From an uncultured Clostridia bacterium (GTDB lineage Bacteria > Bacillota > Clostridia > Christensenellales > CAG-138), in contig CALCEX010000282.1 in the NCBI GenBank assembly GCA_937900325.1, positions 1 to 60,011 of the forward strand: a stretch of DNA of 60,011 bases, in the 5' to 3' direction. A program made the translations under genes and the position numbers. The notes below the pieces were generated by a model. It searched no databases, had not been told where the DNA came from, and saw only the letters and a program-made list of their open reading frames with translations. Each line of letters starts with the position of its first letter. Position 1 is the first letter of the stretch. This document shows, piece by piece, positions 7,198 to 16,842 of this stretch.

Positions 7198-8655
7198 TCA
7201 TCCCATAAACGCCACGCGCTCGCCGCCCTGCAATACCTCGGGCAGGTCGTTCATGCGCAGCAGGTTGGCCCGGCTGGTGTTGTATTCCCGGGCTATGGAG
7301 TAGAGCGTATCCCCGGCGCTGGCGAAATATACGGTTATGCCCTGATGGGCGGGCCTTTGGGGGCACTCCTCAATACCCGTCACCGCCTCAAAGCCGCCCG
7401 TGCAGCACAGGTCCGCAGCGAGTATGAGCGTGCAGTTCAGCTCCACGCTTCTGCCGCCCCCCGCCGCAGAGGCCGCCGCAACCGCGTATATCATGGCGTC
7501 CGTGGCGTCCTGGGCTTCCATGCCCACGCTGAAGGGTATATCCTCATTGAAGGCGAATATGCGGCCGCTTTCGGCGGTATACAATATGCGGGTGAACAGC
7601 AGCCCCTCGGCGGTCAGCACCCCGTTTTCAATGCCGTATGACGTTACCATGGGCCGCGCGGTCGCGTATACCACCCTTGCCGCCTCGGGCATTCCCCCGG
7701 GTATCATTACGTTCTCGATCACGGACTGCCGCTGCGTGCTCGATCCGCAATATGACGAGGTGCGTATAAGCCCATGGGTGCATTCAAACGGCACGGTGGG
7801 GGAAAAGGTATCCGTCACGGCGTCAAAGCGGCCGCCGGCGCGGCCCCATGCGCGGTATGTAAGCTCCACATCCGCTATGACCACGCCAAAATCCTCCGCC
7901 CCCCGCACCTGGCAGCCGGATACCCTTACCTCGCCCCACATGGGGGCCAGCGCCTCGCCCTCCACGGTCTGGGTAAAGGGTATGGCCTGGCTCAGCTGGC
8001 TCATCGCGCCGGTGCGGCTCTGTACCAGCGCCGATATGTACAGCGTACCCTCGAGGCATATCCCGTCCTTGCCGGGCGATACGTCCCTGAGCGCCCCATG
8101 TACCTCGCTGTACAGCACCTCTGCGGCGAAGGGCGCCTCTATCTCCTCCCGCAGGCGGAAGCTGCCCCGGCTTTCCCCCGCCCGCTCATAGAGCGCCAGC
8201 TCCCGCCGCTGCTGCTCGCAGTCCTCTATGCCCCTTATGCCGTCCAGTACCTTCGCCCCGCCCGAGGCTGCCGCCATCGCGTTGATATCCGCCACCGCGT
8301 TAAGGGCGATCCCGCCCTCTCCAGCGCTTATTTCCAGGGATTGCAGCGCAGGGCGCACCTCTGCCCTCATACCCTCATGCACGCCCTCCGCAGCTATGCG
8401 GTGGGTGAAAGGGGCGCTGGAGGTAAAGGCAAACACCCTGTCGTCCATGCAGATGAGGTCTATCCTCACAACTCCCTCTATGGCTATTTCCCCCTCCCGG
8501 GCGCTGGCTGAGGAGACGGCTATTTCCCCCGTATACGATAGTATCTCCTTTGCGCTGCGGCCCTCCGGCAGCGGTATGCCGCCCTCGATGGTTCCCTGGG
8601 ATACTCCTGTATATATTATCCGCTCCCCCGGGAGCTCCTTCCAGATCAGTTCCAT
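7198..8655 (-). CDS. DUF3794-type protein with C-terminal LysM domain (SipL/SafA-like sporulation candidate)
   Basis: ORF 7198..8655. The C-terminus GDTLYSIAREYNTSRANLLRMNDL is a typical LysM motif. Located next to spo0A. Confidence 0.7.
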   Translation of the reverse strand: MELIWKELPGERIIYTGVSQGTIEGGIPLPEGRSAKEILSYTGEIAVSSASAREGEIAIEGVVRIDLICMDDRVFAFTSSAPFTHRIAAEGVHEGMRAEVRPALQSLEISAGEGGIALNAVADINAMAAASGGAKVLDGIRGIEDCEQQRRELALYERAGESRGSFRLREEIEAPFAAEVLYSEVHGALRDVSPGKDGICLEGTLYISALVQSRTGAMSQLSQAIPFTQTVEGEALAPMWGEVRVSGCQVRGAEDFGVVIADVELTYRAWGRAGGRFDAVTDTFSPTVPFECTHGLIRTSSYCGSSTQRQSVIENVMIPGGMPEAARVVYATARPMVTSYGIENGVLTAEGLLFTRILYTAESGRIFAFNEDIPFSVGMEAQDATDAMIYAVAAASAAGGGRSVELNCTLILAADLCCTGGFEAVTGIEECPQRPAHQGITVYFASAGDTLYSIAREYNTSRANLLRMNDLPEVLQGGERVAFMG

Positions 8656-8716
8656 ATTCCCGCTCCTCTCGCACAGATTATCGTTATATAATCATACGAG
8701 GGGAGTATGCCGATTA

Positions 8717-8742
8717 TGCAAAAGGGCCGCTTATGCGGCCCC
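8717..8742 (-). terminator. Intrinsic terminator ending a long spo0A 3' region
   Basis: Minus strand GGGGCCGC-ataa-GCGGCCC(T) followed by TTTTGC. Confidence 0.6.
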
Positions 8743-9017
8743 TTTGCCCATAAACAAAGGTAAAAAGCGCAGAAATGATAATATTTAATGTTTATTGTCC
8801 CGGCCGCCTGTACGAGGGCCATGCATAAAAGAGCGGGTATTCGCAAGCGTTAATAACATGAGTTACTAACATTATCAACATAGTTATCCACATTCCCATG
8901 CGTTTAAGCCGGTTTAAGTGTTAGCAACAAGTTCAGAATAAACCCTTGACGTATATTTATTATTGCTCTCATCCTTGCCGCAGCCGGTAAAAAGATATTA
9001 TTTTACACATACCGCGC

Positions 9018-9824
9018 TTATATCACATTCTGTATCTCGCTTCTTCCGCTTTTCTCCCGGGCAGCCTCCATAATGAGCTTATCGGCAACCAGGGCGATGA
9101 ACTCGCCATTGGTGGGCTTATCGTTTTTATTGTAGATATTGTAGCCGAATATCTGGTTGATATTCTCGATCTTTCCCCGGGTCCAGGCCACCTCTATGGC
9201 GTGGCGTATGGCGCGCTCTACCTTGGAGGCGGAGGTCTGGAACCTCCTGGCGATCCCGGGGTAGAGCTCCTTGGTTATGCGCCCGCAGAGGGCGGGCTCA
9301 AAGTATACCATGCGCACCGCCTCCCGAAGATAATGATAGCCCTTTATGTGCGCCGGTATGCCTATCATGAGGAATACCGAAGCGATCTTCTCGTCCAGAG
9401 TCTGGGGCTTGGGACTTATGGCGCATACCTGGGAGCGCTGTGCATAGGTGCTCTCCAGCATATCCATTATGCGCTTGTACAGCGTATCGGGATCGACGGG
9501 CTTGACCATGTAATACTTTGCGCCGAGCGCGCAGGCCTGCCGCACCATCTCCTCCTGGCGCAGGGCGCTTATCACTATGACGGCGGGCGCGTCCTTCACG
9601 AGGCCGCTGTTCAGCCGCTCAAGCAGCTCAAAGCCGTCCATGCCCGGCATGACGAGATCGCACAGGAGCGCATCGTAGCGGTTGTTGTTCATTGCATCCA
9701 GGGCGGACTGGCCGTCGCTCACAGCGTCCACCCGCTCTATTCCCTCCTGGACCGTAAGGTAATCCCTGATCGCAGCCTGGAACTGATTGTTGCTGTCTGC
9801 CAAAAGTATGCGGTATTTAGCCAT
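9018..9824 (-). CDS. spo0A: Sporulation master regulator Spo0A
   Basis: ORF 9018..9824. Receiver domain ([12 protein letters not shown]) plus the Spo0A-specific C-terminal motifs [15 protein letters not shown] and [15 protein letters not shown]. Confidence 0.95.
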   Translation of the reverse strand: MAKYRILLADSNNQFQAAIRDYLTVQEGIERVDAVSDGQSALDAMNNNRYDALLCDLVMPGMDGFELLERLNSGLVKDAPAVIVISALRQEEMVRQACALGAKYYMVKPVDPDTLYKRIMDMLESTYAQRSQVCAISPKPQTLDEKIASVFLMIGIPAHIKGYHYLREAVRMVYFEPALCGRITKELYPGIARRFQTSASKVERAIRHAIEVAWTRGKIENINQIFGYNIYNKNDKPTNGEFIALVADKLIMEAAREKSGRSEIQNVI

Positions 9825-10082
9825 ATAGTGCCTCCGTAATAATGTAATTTTTTGGTTATCCTGCGGTATATGCGGTTTTCTGTATGCTGTGATTTTAGCA
9901 CCGCCATTTTCGCGGCGATAGGGAATAAATTTGGCTGTTTTTGAGGGCGTTTGCCTCCTCGGGCAAAATTATTGTCCGGTTTTGTCCGTGGGTCAAAAAA
10001 GGTGCGCCGTTATTTGCTTTTATGGCGCTTCCGTGATATGCTATAATTGATTTTATCAAGAATTTGCTGGAGGGTTTGTCAT

Positions 10083-10652
10083 ATGGACGACAGCAGGCTT
10101 TTTGAAAGGACGGTCTCCTCCGCCATACAGTATTCGGGCCCGGTATTCGACGTGTACAGCGATACTGTGGAGCTATGCAATAAAAAGATCGCCCGAAGGG
10201 ATTATCTCAAGCACCGGGGCGCGGTAGCCGTGGTGCCGCTCACGGATAAGGGCGGCGTGATAATGGAGCGCCAGTTCCGCTACCCTCAGCAGAGGGTGAT
10301 GACCGAGATACCCGCAGGCAAGCTGGAGGCTTTTGACACGGACCCTCTCGAGGCCGCAAAGCGCGAGCTTAAAGAAGAAACAGGCGTGACCGCCAAGGAG
10401 TTTATACCCCTTGGCATATACATACCCTCCCCCGCCATACTTTCGGAGCGGATATACGTTTACCTTGCCAGAGGCCTGAGCTTCGGCGATACCCACCCGG
10501 ATGAGGATGAATTTCTGGATTACCGGGAAGCGCCGCTGGGCCGGCTTATAGATATGATAATGAACGACCAGATCTCCGACGGCAAAACGGTATTCGGCCT
10601 GTTCAAGGCGGCGGAGTACCTGCGGCGTGAGGAGCTTGAAGCCAATGGATAA
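10083..10652 (+). CDS. NUDIX hydrolase (ADP-ribose pyrophosphatase-like)
   Basis: ATG at 10083 after GGAGGG. Nudix box GKLEAFDTDPLEAAKRELKEETG. Confidence 0.85.
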   Translation: MDDSRLFERTVSSAIQYSGPVFDVYSDTVELCNKKIARRDYLKHRGAVAVVPLTDKGGVIMERQFRYPQQRVMTEIPAGKLEAFDTDPLEAAKRELKEETGVTAKEFIPLGIYIPSPAILSERIYVYLARGLSFGDTHPDEDEFLDYREAPLGRLIDMIMNDQISDGKTVFGLFKAAEYLRREELEANG

Positions 10653-11304
10653 GGGCGCGGCATTCAAAAACCTTCTGTTCGATCTGGACGGGACGCTCAC
10701 CGACCCCGCGCTGGGCATAACCTCCGCCGCGCAGTACGCCCTCGGCAGGATGGGCATAGAGATCGCGGACAGATCGACGCTTACATGGCTGATAGGGCCG
10801 CCTCTCATCGGCTCCTTTGAGGAGGGCTTCGGCCTGACTCACCTTCAGGCGCTGGAGGCGCTCGGATACTATCGGGAGTATTTTTCCGAAAAGGGCATAT
10901 TTGAAAACCGGATATATCCCGGCATACCCGAGCTTCTGAGCGACCTCAGGGCCGCGGGCAGGCGGATGATGGTAGCCACCTCAAAGCCTGAGGAATTCAC
11001 CCACAGGATACTGGAGCACTTCGGTATAGCGCGGTATTTCGACTTTGTGGGCGGCAATACCATGGACGAGAGCAGGCCCACAAAGGCGGATGTAGTATCC
11101 CATGTGCTGCGCTCCCGTTCCGATGCGGCGCCGGAAAACACCCTGATGATAGGGGACCGGAAATACGACGTTGAGGGGGCGAGGGCCTTCGGCCTGGACT
11201 GCGCCGGCGTGCTATACGGCTACGGCAGCCGGGAGGAGCTGGAGCAGGCGAAGGCCAGATACATAGTCGAAAGCGTGGCGGCGCTCCGCGATCTGCTGCT
11301 TTAG
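10645..11304 (+). CDS. HAD-family hydrolase (phosphoglycolate phosphatase-like)
   Basis: ATG at 10645. Motif I LLFDLDGTL; motif GDRKYDVEGA. Confidence 0.85.
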   Translation: MDKGAAFKNLLFDLDGTLTDPALGITSAAQYALGRMGIEIADRSTLTWLIGPPLIGSFEEGFGLTHLQALEALGYYREYFSEKGIFENRIYPGIPELLSDLRAAGRRMMVATSKPEEFTHRILEHFGIARYFDFVGGNTMDESRPTKADVVSHVLRSRSDAAPENTLMIGDRKYDVEGARAFGLDCAGVLYGYGSREELEQAKARYIVESVAALRDLLL

Positions 11305-11338
11305 CCTATAAATAAAAAAAATATAAGGAGAAACGGAA

Positions 11339-12436
11339 ATGTCAAAGGTCTATTTTACGGATATGCGCACGTCCTTCAGGGAGAACCTGCCAAAGAAGCT
11401 GACCCGCCTTATAGACAGGGCCGGCCTTGGCACCATAGACTTCGACCATAAGTTTGTCGCCATCAAGATACACTTCGGCGAGCTTGGCAACATGGCCTAC
11501 CTGAGGCCGCAGTACGCCAGGGCCCTTGCGGCCTATATAAAAGAAAGGGGCGGCATACCCTTCCTTACAGACTGCAACACGCTCTACGTAGGCTCCCGCA
11601 AGAACGCGCCGGAGCACATAGAGACCGCGTACATAAACGGCTACACCCCCTACGCCACCGGCTGCCAGGTGATAATAGCAGACGGCATAAAGGGCGCCGA
11701 TGAAGCCTATATACCCATAGACTGCGAGGAGGTCAAGACCGCGAAGATAGGCCGCGCCATAGCGGACGCGGATATAATAATAAGCCTCAGCCACTTTAAG
11801 GGCCACGAGGAGGCGGGCTTCGGCGGCGCGCTGAAAAACCTCGGCATGGGCTCCGGCTCAAGGGCGGGCAAGATGGAGATGCACTACGACGGCAAGCCGG
11901 TGGTGGATCACGACCGCTGCCGCGGCTGCCATATGTGCGCAAGCATATGCGCCAACAACGGCATACATTACGAAAACGGCAAGGCCGTAATAGACCACTC
12001 ACACTGCGTGGGCTGCGGCCGCTGCATAGCCATATGCAACTTTGACGCCATACGGCCCGACAACAGCTCCAGCGAAGCCAGCCTGAACAGGCGCATCGCG
12101 GAATACGCCTATGCAGTGGTCAAGGATAAGCCGAATTTCCACATAAACATCGCTGTGGATATTTCCCCGAACTGCGACTGCCACTCCGAAAACGACGCGG
12201 CGATCATTCCCAATATCGGTATGTTCGCCTCCTTTGATCCCGTGGCGGTAGACCTGGCCGCGGCGGACGCGGCAAACGCCATGCCCGCCAACCCAAGGAG
12301 CGCGCTGGGCGAAGCGGAATGCCGCTGCCATGACCACTTCACCAACGTCCACCCCAACACCAACTGGCGGGTGCAGATAGAGCACGGCGAAAAGATAGGC
12401 CTGGGCAGCAGCAAATACGAGCTCATACGCATATAA
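11339..12436 (+). CDS. DUF362 domain protein with 4Fe-4S dicluster
   Basis: ORF 11339..12436. Cluster motifs CRGCHMCASIC and CVGCGRCIAIC. Confidence 0.8.
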   Translation: MSKVYFTDMRTSFRENLPKKLTRLIDRAGLGTIDFDHKFVAIKIHFGELGNMAYLRPQYARALAAYIKERGGIPFLTDCNTLYVGSRKNAPEHIETAYINGYTPYATGCQVIIADGIKGADEAYIPIDCEEVKTAKIGRAIADADIIISLSHFKGHEEAGFGGALKNLGMGSGSRAGKMEMHYDGKPVVDHDRCRGCHMCASICANNGIHYENGKAVIDHSHCVGCGRCIAICNFDAIRPDNSSSEASLNRRIAEYAYAVVKDKPNFHINIAVDISPNCDCHSENDAAIIPNIGMFASFDPVAVDLAAADAANAMPANPRSALGEAECRCHDHFTNVHPNTNWRVQIEHGEKIGLGSSKYELIRI

Positions 12437-12465
12437 CCATACTTGACGGAAAGGCATTCTGACTT

Positions 12466-13254
12466 TTGCTTGAAAGGTACACTGCGGTAGACGTTGAGAC
12501 CCCGAACCGCAACAACGACTCCATCTGCTCCATAGGCATAGTGCACATGGAATACGGCGCTCCCGTCTACCGGCGGGAGTTCCTTGTGAACCCCCGGGAG
12601 CACTTTGACGACTACAACATAAAAATACACGGCATAACCCCCCGCATGGTGGAAAACGCCCCCTTATTCCCGGAGATATGGCCGGAGATAGAGCCCTTTT
12701 TCCATGGAATAATGGCTGCCCACAGCGCCGCCTTCGACCTTGGGGTCATATGCAAATCCCTTATAGTATACGGCCTGCCCATACCCGAGATCACCTACAT
12801 CTGCTCACTGCAGAAGGCCAAAAAGCACATACCGAAGGAGCTTTACGGCAGCCACAGGCTCAACGACCTCTGCGCCGGGCTCAAGCTGCCCCTCGAGCAT
12901 CACCATGATTCTCTGGACGACGCGCTGGGCTGCGCCCTTATAATCGAAAATCTGGTGGATCGCTTCGGCGTAGGGCCGGAGGATATCAAAAAGTACCAGT
13001 ACAAGGGGATACAGCCCGCCGTATCGGAGAAGGAGCGCAATCTGGCAATACAGGCCCTGTGGAACACCATGGAAAAATACGGGAGGCGCGGCGTACTGTT
13101 TGCGGAGTATCATGAGGCGCTGGAGGACTGGGTGCGAAAATACGACAAGTACCTCCGGGACCCGGATGTGCGCGCCTGCCGCGATTTTATCCAGGGGGCG
13201 CTGCAAAGGGGCTGCATAACCCCGGAAGAATACCAGATCATAATGGGGCTTTGA
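12466..13254 (+). CDS. DEDDh 3'-5' exonuclease (DnaQ/PolC-exo-like) with extra C-terminal domain
   Basis: TTG start at 12466. Exo motifs AVDVET, HSAAFD and HHDSLDD. Confidence 0.8.
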   Translation: MLERYTAVDVETPNRNNDSICSIGIVHMEYGAPVYRREFLVNPREHFDDYNIKIHGITPRMVENAPLFPEIWPEIEPFFHGIMAAHSAAFDLGVICKSLIVYGLPIPEITYICSLQKAKKHIPKELYGSHRLNDLCAGLKLPLEHHHDSLDDALGCALIIENLVDRFGVGPEDIKKYQYKGIQPAVSEKERNLAIQALWNTMEKYGRRGVLFAEYHEALEDWVRKYDKYLRDPDVRACRDFIQGALQRGCITPEEYQIIMGL

Positions 13255-13255
13255 T

Positions 13256-14017
13256 ATGTTGACGGAGCAGGGCATAAAGCGTTATATCACATCGGATATA
13301 GACGTGATATTCTTTGAGGAATCCCCCTCCACCAATCTGGAGGCGAAGAGGATGGCGGAAACCGCAAGGGAAGGCGCCGTCATATTCGCGAGGCGGCAGC
13401 TTTCCGGCCGAGGCCGTATCGGAAGGAGCTTCGAAAGCCCCGAGGGGGGCATATACATGACCATGCTGGTGCGCCCGAAAGACCCCGTTTGCCTGACCAT
13501 GGCGGCGGCGGTAGCCGTGCGCAGGGCCATGGTCCGCAAGCTGGAGCTCCGCCCCGCCATAAAGTGGGTAAACGACATATACTGGAACGGCAAAAAGGTC
13601 TGCGGAATACTTGCAGAGGGCGTGATCTGCAAAAACGAGCTGAAGTACGCGGCAGTGGGAGTCGGGCTGAACTACCAGAGCCCCGGGTTTACCGGCGGCC
13701 TTTCCCAAAAGGCAGGAAGCCTGTATCCCGACTCCGAGCCCCCCGTTTCCATAAACGAGATGGCGGCAGCCATGGCGGATGAGCTGTATTCGGCTCTCAC
13801 AGACCCATCCGACCCCTCCATATACCGCGAATACCGCCAAAGCAGCATGCTTACCGGGAAACGCATAGTGCTCATGCGGGAGGGCGAGCCGGAGGCGACA
13901 GCCATGGACGTTACCCCTGAGGGACACCTTATCGTCCGCTTTGACGATGGGCATACCGAGGAGCTTTGCAGCGGCGAGGTGAGCGTCAAGGCCGCAGAAG
14001 CTCCGCATTTCGTATAA
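13256..14017 (+). CDS. birA: Biotin--[acetyl-CoA-carboxylase] ligase (no HTH domain)
   Basis: ORF 13256..14017. Motifs GRGRIGRSFESPEGG and KWVNDIY. Confidence 0.88.
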   Translation: MLTEQGIKRYITSDIDVIFFEESPSTNLEAKRMAETAREGAVIFARRQLSGRGRIGRSFESPEGGIYMTMLVRPKDPVCLTMAAAVAVRRAMVRKLELRPAIKWVNDIYWNGKKVCGILAEGVICKNELKYAAVGVGLNYQSPGFTGGLSQKAGSLYPDSEPPVSINEMAAAMADELYSALTDPSDPSIYREYRQSSMLTGKRIVLMREGEPEATAMDVTPEGHLIVRFDDGHTEELCSGEVSVKAAEAPHFV

Positions 14018-14122
14018 AACGCAATACCGGCAGCAGCAATTGCAATACTGAATGCTGTTTTTCGGTGATAACATGTCATAAAGACTGTTGTCGCCGATTT
14101 TTTTGATAAAAGGAGAAATAAT

Positions 14123-15388
14123 ATGGAATTGAAAAAGTCTACCGTATGGAAAAGCTACCGCTTCCCGCTCATACTTCTCGGCTCCATAATACTTGGCTGC
14201 ATCGCAGGCGCGCTGCTGGGCAAAAAGGCGGGCGTGCTTGCTCCCCTGGGCAATATATTCGTAAACGCCATGTTCACGGTAGTGGTGCCGATGGTGTTCA
14301 TCTCTATAGCCTCCGCCGTCGGCAATATGTCCAACATGAAGCGGCTCGGCAAAATACTGGGCTCCACCCTCATCACCTTCATCGTCACCGGCATAATCGC
14401 CGGCGTCATAATGATAGCCGCCGTAAAGCTGTTTCCTCCCGTGCTTACCCCCTTTGAGGTAGCCGCAGAGGAGGTCGGCGAGCCCAAGACCGTAGGCGAG
14501 CTTATCGTAAGCTTCCTCACTGTGAGCGACTTCCCGCAGCTCTTCAGCCGCAGCAATATGCTGCCCCTTATAGTGGCCTCGATAATATTCGGCTTTGGCG
14601 TCTCCCTCTGCGGCGGCTCGGAATGCGCCGTTGGAAAGCTGCTCAATAACCTTTCGGATATCATAATGAAGATCGTGAGCATACTGATGTATTATGCTCC
14701 CATAGGCCTCTTCGCCTTCTTCGCCTCCCTCATCGGCGAGTTCGGGCCGACGCTCATAGGCAACTTCGGCCGGGCCATGCTGCTGTACTATCCTCTGTGC
14801 GTCCTGTATTTCTTCATAGCCTTCCCGCTGTATGCCCGCTTCGCAGGCGGCAAGGGCGCGGCAAAGAAGCTCTTCCAGCACATACTCAAGCCCGCCGTCA
14901 CCTCCCTTGGTACCTGCAGCTCCATAGCAACCATTCCCGCGAATATGGAAGCCGCGGAAGAGATAGGCATCCCCCGGGACGTGAGCGACATAGTTCTGCC
15001 CCTTGGCGCGACCATGCATATGGACGGCTCTGTATTCTCCGCGATACTCAAGATAAGCTTCCTCTTCGGCTTCTTCGGGATGCCCTTTGAGGGCATAGGC
15101 ACCTATGTGACCGCCCTGATGATAGCCATATTCTCCGGCGTAGCCATGTCCGGCGTGGCCGGCGGCGGCTTCGTAGGCGAGATGGTCATAGTATCCCTGT
15201 TCTTCCCCGAGCAGATGGGCATCGCCTTCCCCGTGATCGCCACCATAGGCGCGCTGGTCGATCCTCCCGCGACCTGCATAAATGCCTCCGGCGATACCGT
15301 GGCCTCCATGATAGTCGCCCGCTTCGTCGAGGGCAGGGACTGGTTCCAGAAAAAGCAGGCCGAAAAGGCCGAAAAAGTAGAGGCATAA
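14123..15388 (+). CDS. Dicarboxylate/amino acid:cation symporter (DAACS family)
   Basis: ORF 14123..15388. Polytopic membrane protein with family-typical segments. Confidence 0.85.
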   Translation: MELKKSTVWKSYRFPLILLGSIILGCIAGALLGKKAGVLAPLGNIFVNAMFTVVVPMVFISIASAVGNMSNMKRLGKILGSTLITFIVTGIIAGVIMIAAVKLFPPVLTPFEVAAEEVGEPKTVGELIVSFLTVSDFPQLFSRSNMLPLIVASIIFGFGVSLCGGSECAVGKLLNNLSDIIMKIVSILMYYAPIGLFAFFASLIGEFGPTLIGNFGRAMLLYYPLCVLYFFIAFPLYARFAGGKGAAKKLFQHILKPAVTSLGTCSSIATIPANMEAAEEIGIPRDVSDIVLPLGATMHMDGSVFSAILKISFLFGFFGMPFEGIGTYVTALMIAIFSGVAMSGVAGGGFVGEMVIVSLFFPEQMGIAFPVIATIGALVDPPATCINASGDTVASMIVARFVEGRDWFQKKQAEKAEKVEA

Positions 15389-15446
15389 GGCCCGCTTTGA
15401 AGCCCATGCCCCGCGCGGCAAACGCCGAATGTGAAATCACGGTCAA

Positions 15447-15479
15447 AAGCCCGAAATGCTATGCTTATCGGGCTTTTTT
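15447..15479 (+). terminator. Intrinsic terminator
   Basis: AAGCCCGA...TCGGGCTT followed by TTTT. Confidence 0.7.
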
Positions 15480-15536
15480 GTGGTATAATGGTCACGTGTG
15501 AAGTTTTTGAATTTTATTTTTGGAGGTATAATAAAA

Positions 15537-16784
15537 ATGTCACAGCTTAAAGGCGCATGCATAATAGGCCAGTCCGGCGGCCCCACTTCCGTAATAAACG
15601 CCAGCGCTTACGGCGTTATCCGCACGGCGCTGGATTCCGGCTGCATTACCAGGGTATACGGCGCGGCGCACGGCATAAAGGGCGTATTGGACGACGTGCT
15701 CTACGATATGGGTCAGGAGGACGCAAAGGAGCTTGAATACCTGCTCTACACCCCATCCTCCGCCCTGGGCTCCTGCCGCTACAAGCTCAAGGACAGCGCC
15801 GAGGACGACGCCGATTACAGGCGCATTCTGGAGATATTCAAGAAGTACGACGTTCGCTACTTCTTCTACAACGGCGGCAACGACTCCATGGACACCTGCA
15901 ACAAGATATCCAAGTATATGCAGTCCGTAGGCTATGAGTGCCGCATAATGGGCGTACCCAAGACCATAGACAACGACCTGTTCGGCACCGATCACTGCCC
16001 CGGCTATGCTTCCGCCGCCAAGTATGTCGCCACCACCTGCATGGAGATATACAGGGACGCCCGCGTTTACGATACCGGCATGGTATGCGTTATCGAGATA
16101 ATGGGCCGCCACGCAGGCTGGCTCACCGCGGCCTCCTCCCTTGCCAACATAAGCGGCGAGGGCCCCGATCTCATCTACCTGCCCGAGCGCGACTTTGACC
16201 TTGATAAGTTCGTTTCGGACGTAAAGGCCGTATACGCAAAGAGCGGCAAGTGCATAGTGGCCGTATCAGAGGGTATACACGATTCCACCGGCAAGCTCAT
16301 CGCCGAATACGGCGCGGAGAACGCGCCCGTGGACGCCTTCGGCCATAAGCAGCTTGGCGGATTGGCCTCCTACCTCGCCAATTACATCAAGGGCGTCGTG
16401 GGCTGCAAGGTCCGCGGAATAGAGTTCTCCCTTATGCAGCGCTGCGCCGCGCACCTGGCCTCCCTGACCGATATACAGGAATCCTTCCTCTCCGGCAAGA
16501 CCGCCGTATTGGAGGCAATATCCGGCACCACCGACAAGATGATAGGCTTTGAGCGCAAATACGATGAGAACGGAGGCTATGTCTGCGGCATAAAGCTCAT
16601 GGACCTTACCGATGTGGCCAATACCGAAAAGAAGGTCCCCCTGGAATGGATAAACAGCGAAGGCAACAACGTTAAGAAGGAATTCGTCGATTACGCCCTG
16701 CCCCTCATTCAGGGAACCCCCGACCGGCCGCTGGAAAACGGCCTGCCCCGCTTTGCAAGGCTGAAAAAGATACAGGCGAAATAA
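15537..16784 (+). CDS. pfp: 6-phosphofructokinase, PPi-dependent type
   Basis: ATG at 15537 after GGAGG. An extended -10 TGgTATAAT lies upstream. Motifs GQSGGPTSVINAS, PKTIDND and MGRHAGWL. Confidence 0.88.
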   Translation: MSQLKGACIIGQSGGPTSVINASAYGVIRTALDSGCITRVYGAAHGIKGVLDDVLYDMGQEDAKELEYLLYTPSSALGSCRYKLKDSAEDDADYRRILEIFKKYDVRYFFYNGGNDSMDTCNKISKYMQSVGYECRIMGVPKTIDNDLFGTDHCPGYASAAKYVATTCMEIYRDARVYDTGMVCVIEIMGRHAGWLTAASSLANISGEGPDLIYLPERDFDLDKFVSDVKAVYAKSGKCIVAVSEGIHDSTGKLIAEYGAENAPVDAFGHKQLGGLASYLANYIKGVVGCKVRGIEFSLMQRCAAHLASLTDIQESFLSGKTAVLEAISGTTDKMIGFERKYDENGGYVCGIKLMDLTDVANTEKKVPLEWINSEGNNVKKEFVDYALPLIQGTPDRPLENGLPRFARLKKIQAK

Positions 16785-16799
16785 CCAAGCGGATAAAAT

Positions 16800-16830
16800 A
16801 CGGCGCACTCAGGAGAGTGCGCCGTTTGTT
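16800..16830. terminator. Hairpin terminator between convergent genes
   Basis: CGGCGCACT...AGTGCGCCG followed by TTTGTT. Confidence 0.6.
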
Positions 16831-16842
16831 GCTTCAGCCGTA

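Noticed and set aside
8792-8899. 35-aa hydrophobic ORF downstream of spo0A as a CDS
   Set aside because: No Shine-Dalgarno, no paralog and no conservation evidence available. Recorded only within a finding.
13238-15421. Long antisense ORFs: 13238..15421, 2241..4040, 22241..23224, 50787..52484, 39966..41306, 5627..6631, 45358..46293, 17116..18150, 25946..27253 and others
   Set aside because: Each lies opposite a CDS with clear family motifs and has low-complexity Gly/Ala/Arg/His/Tyr-rich composition with no recognisable domain. This is typical of stop-codon-poor antisense frames in GC-rich genomes.
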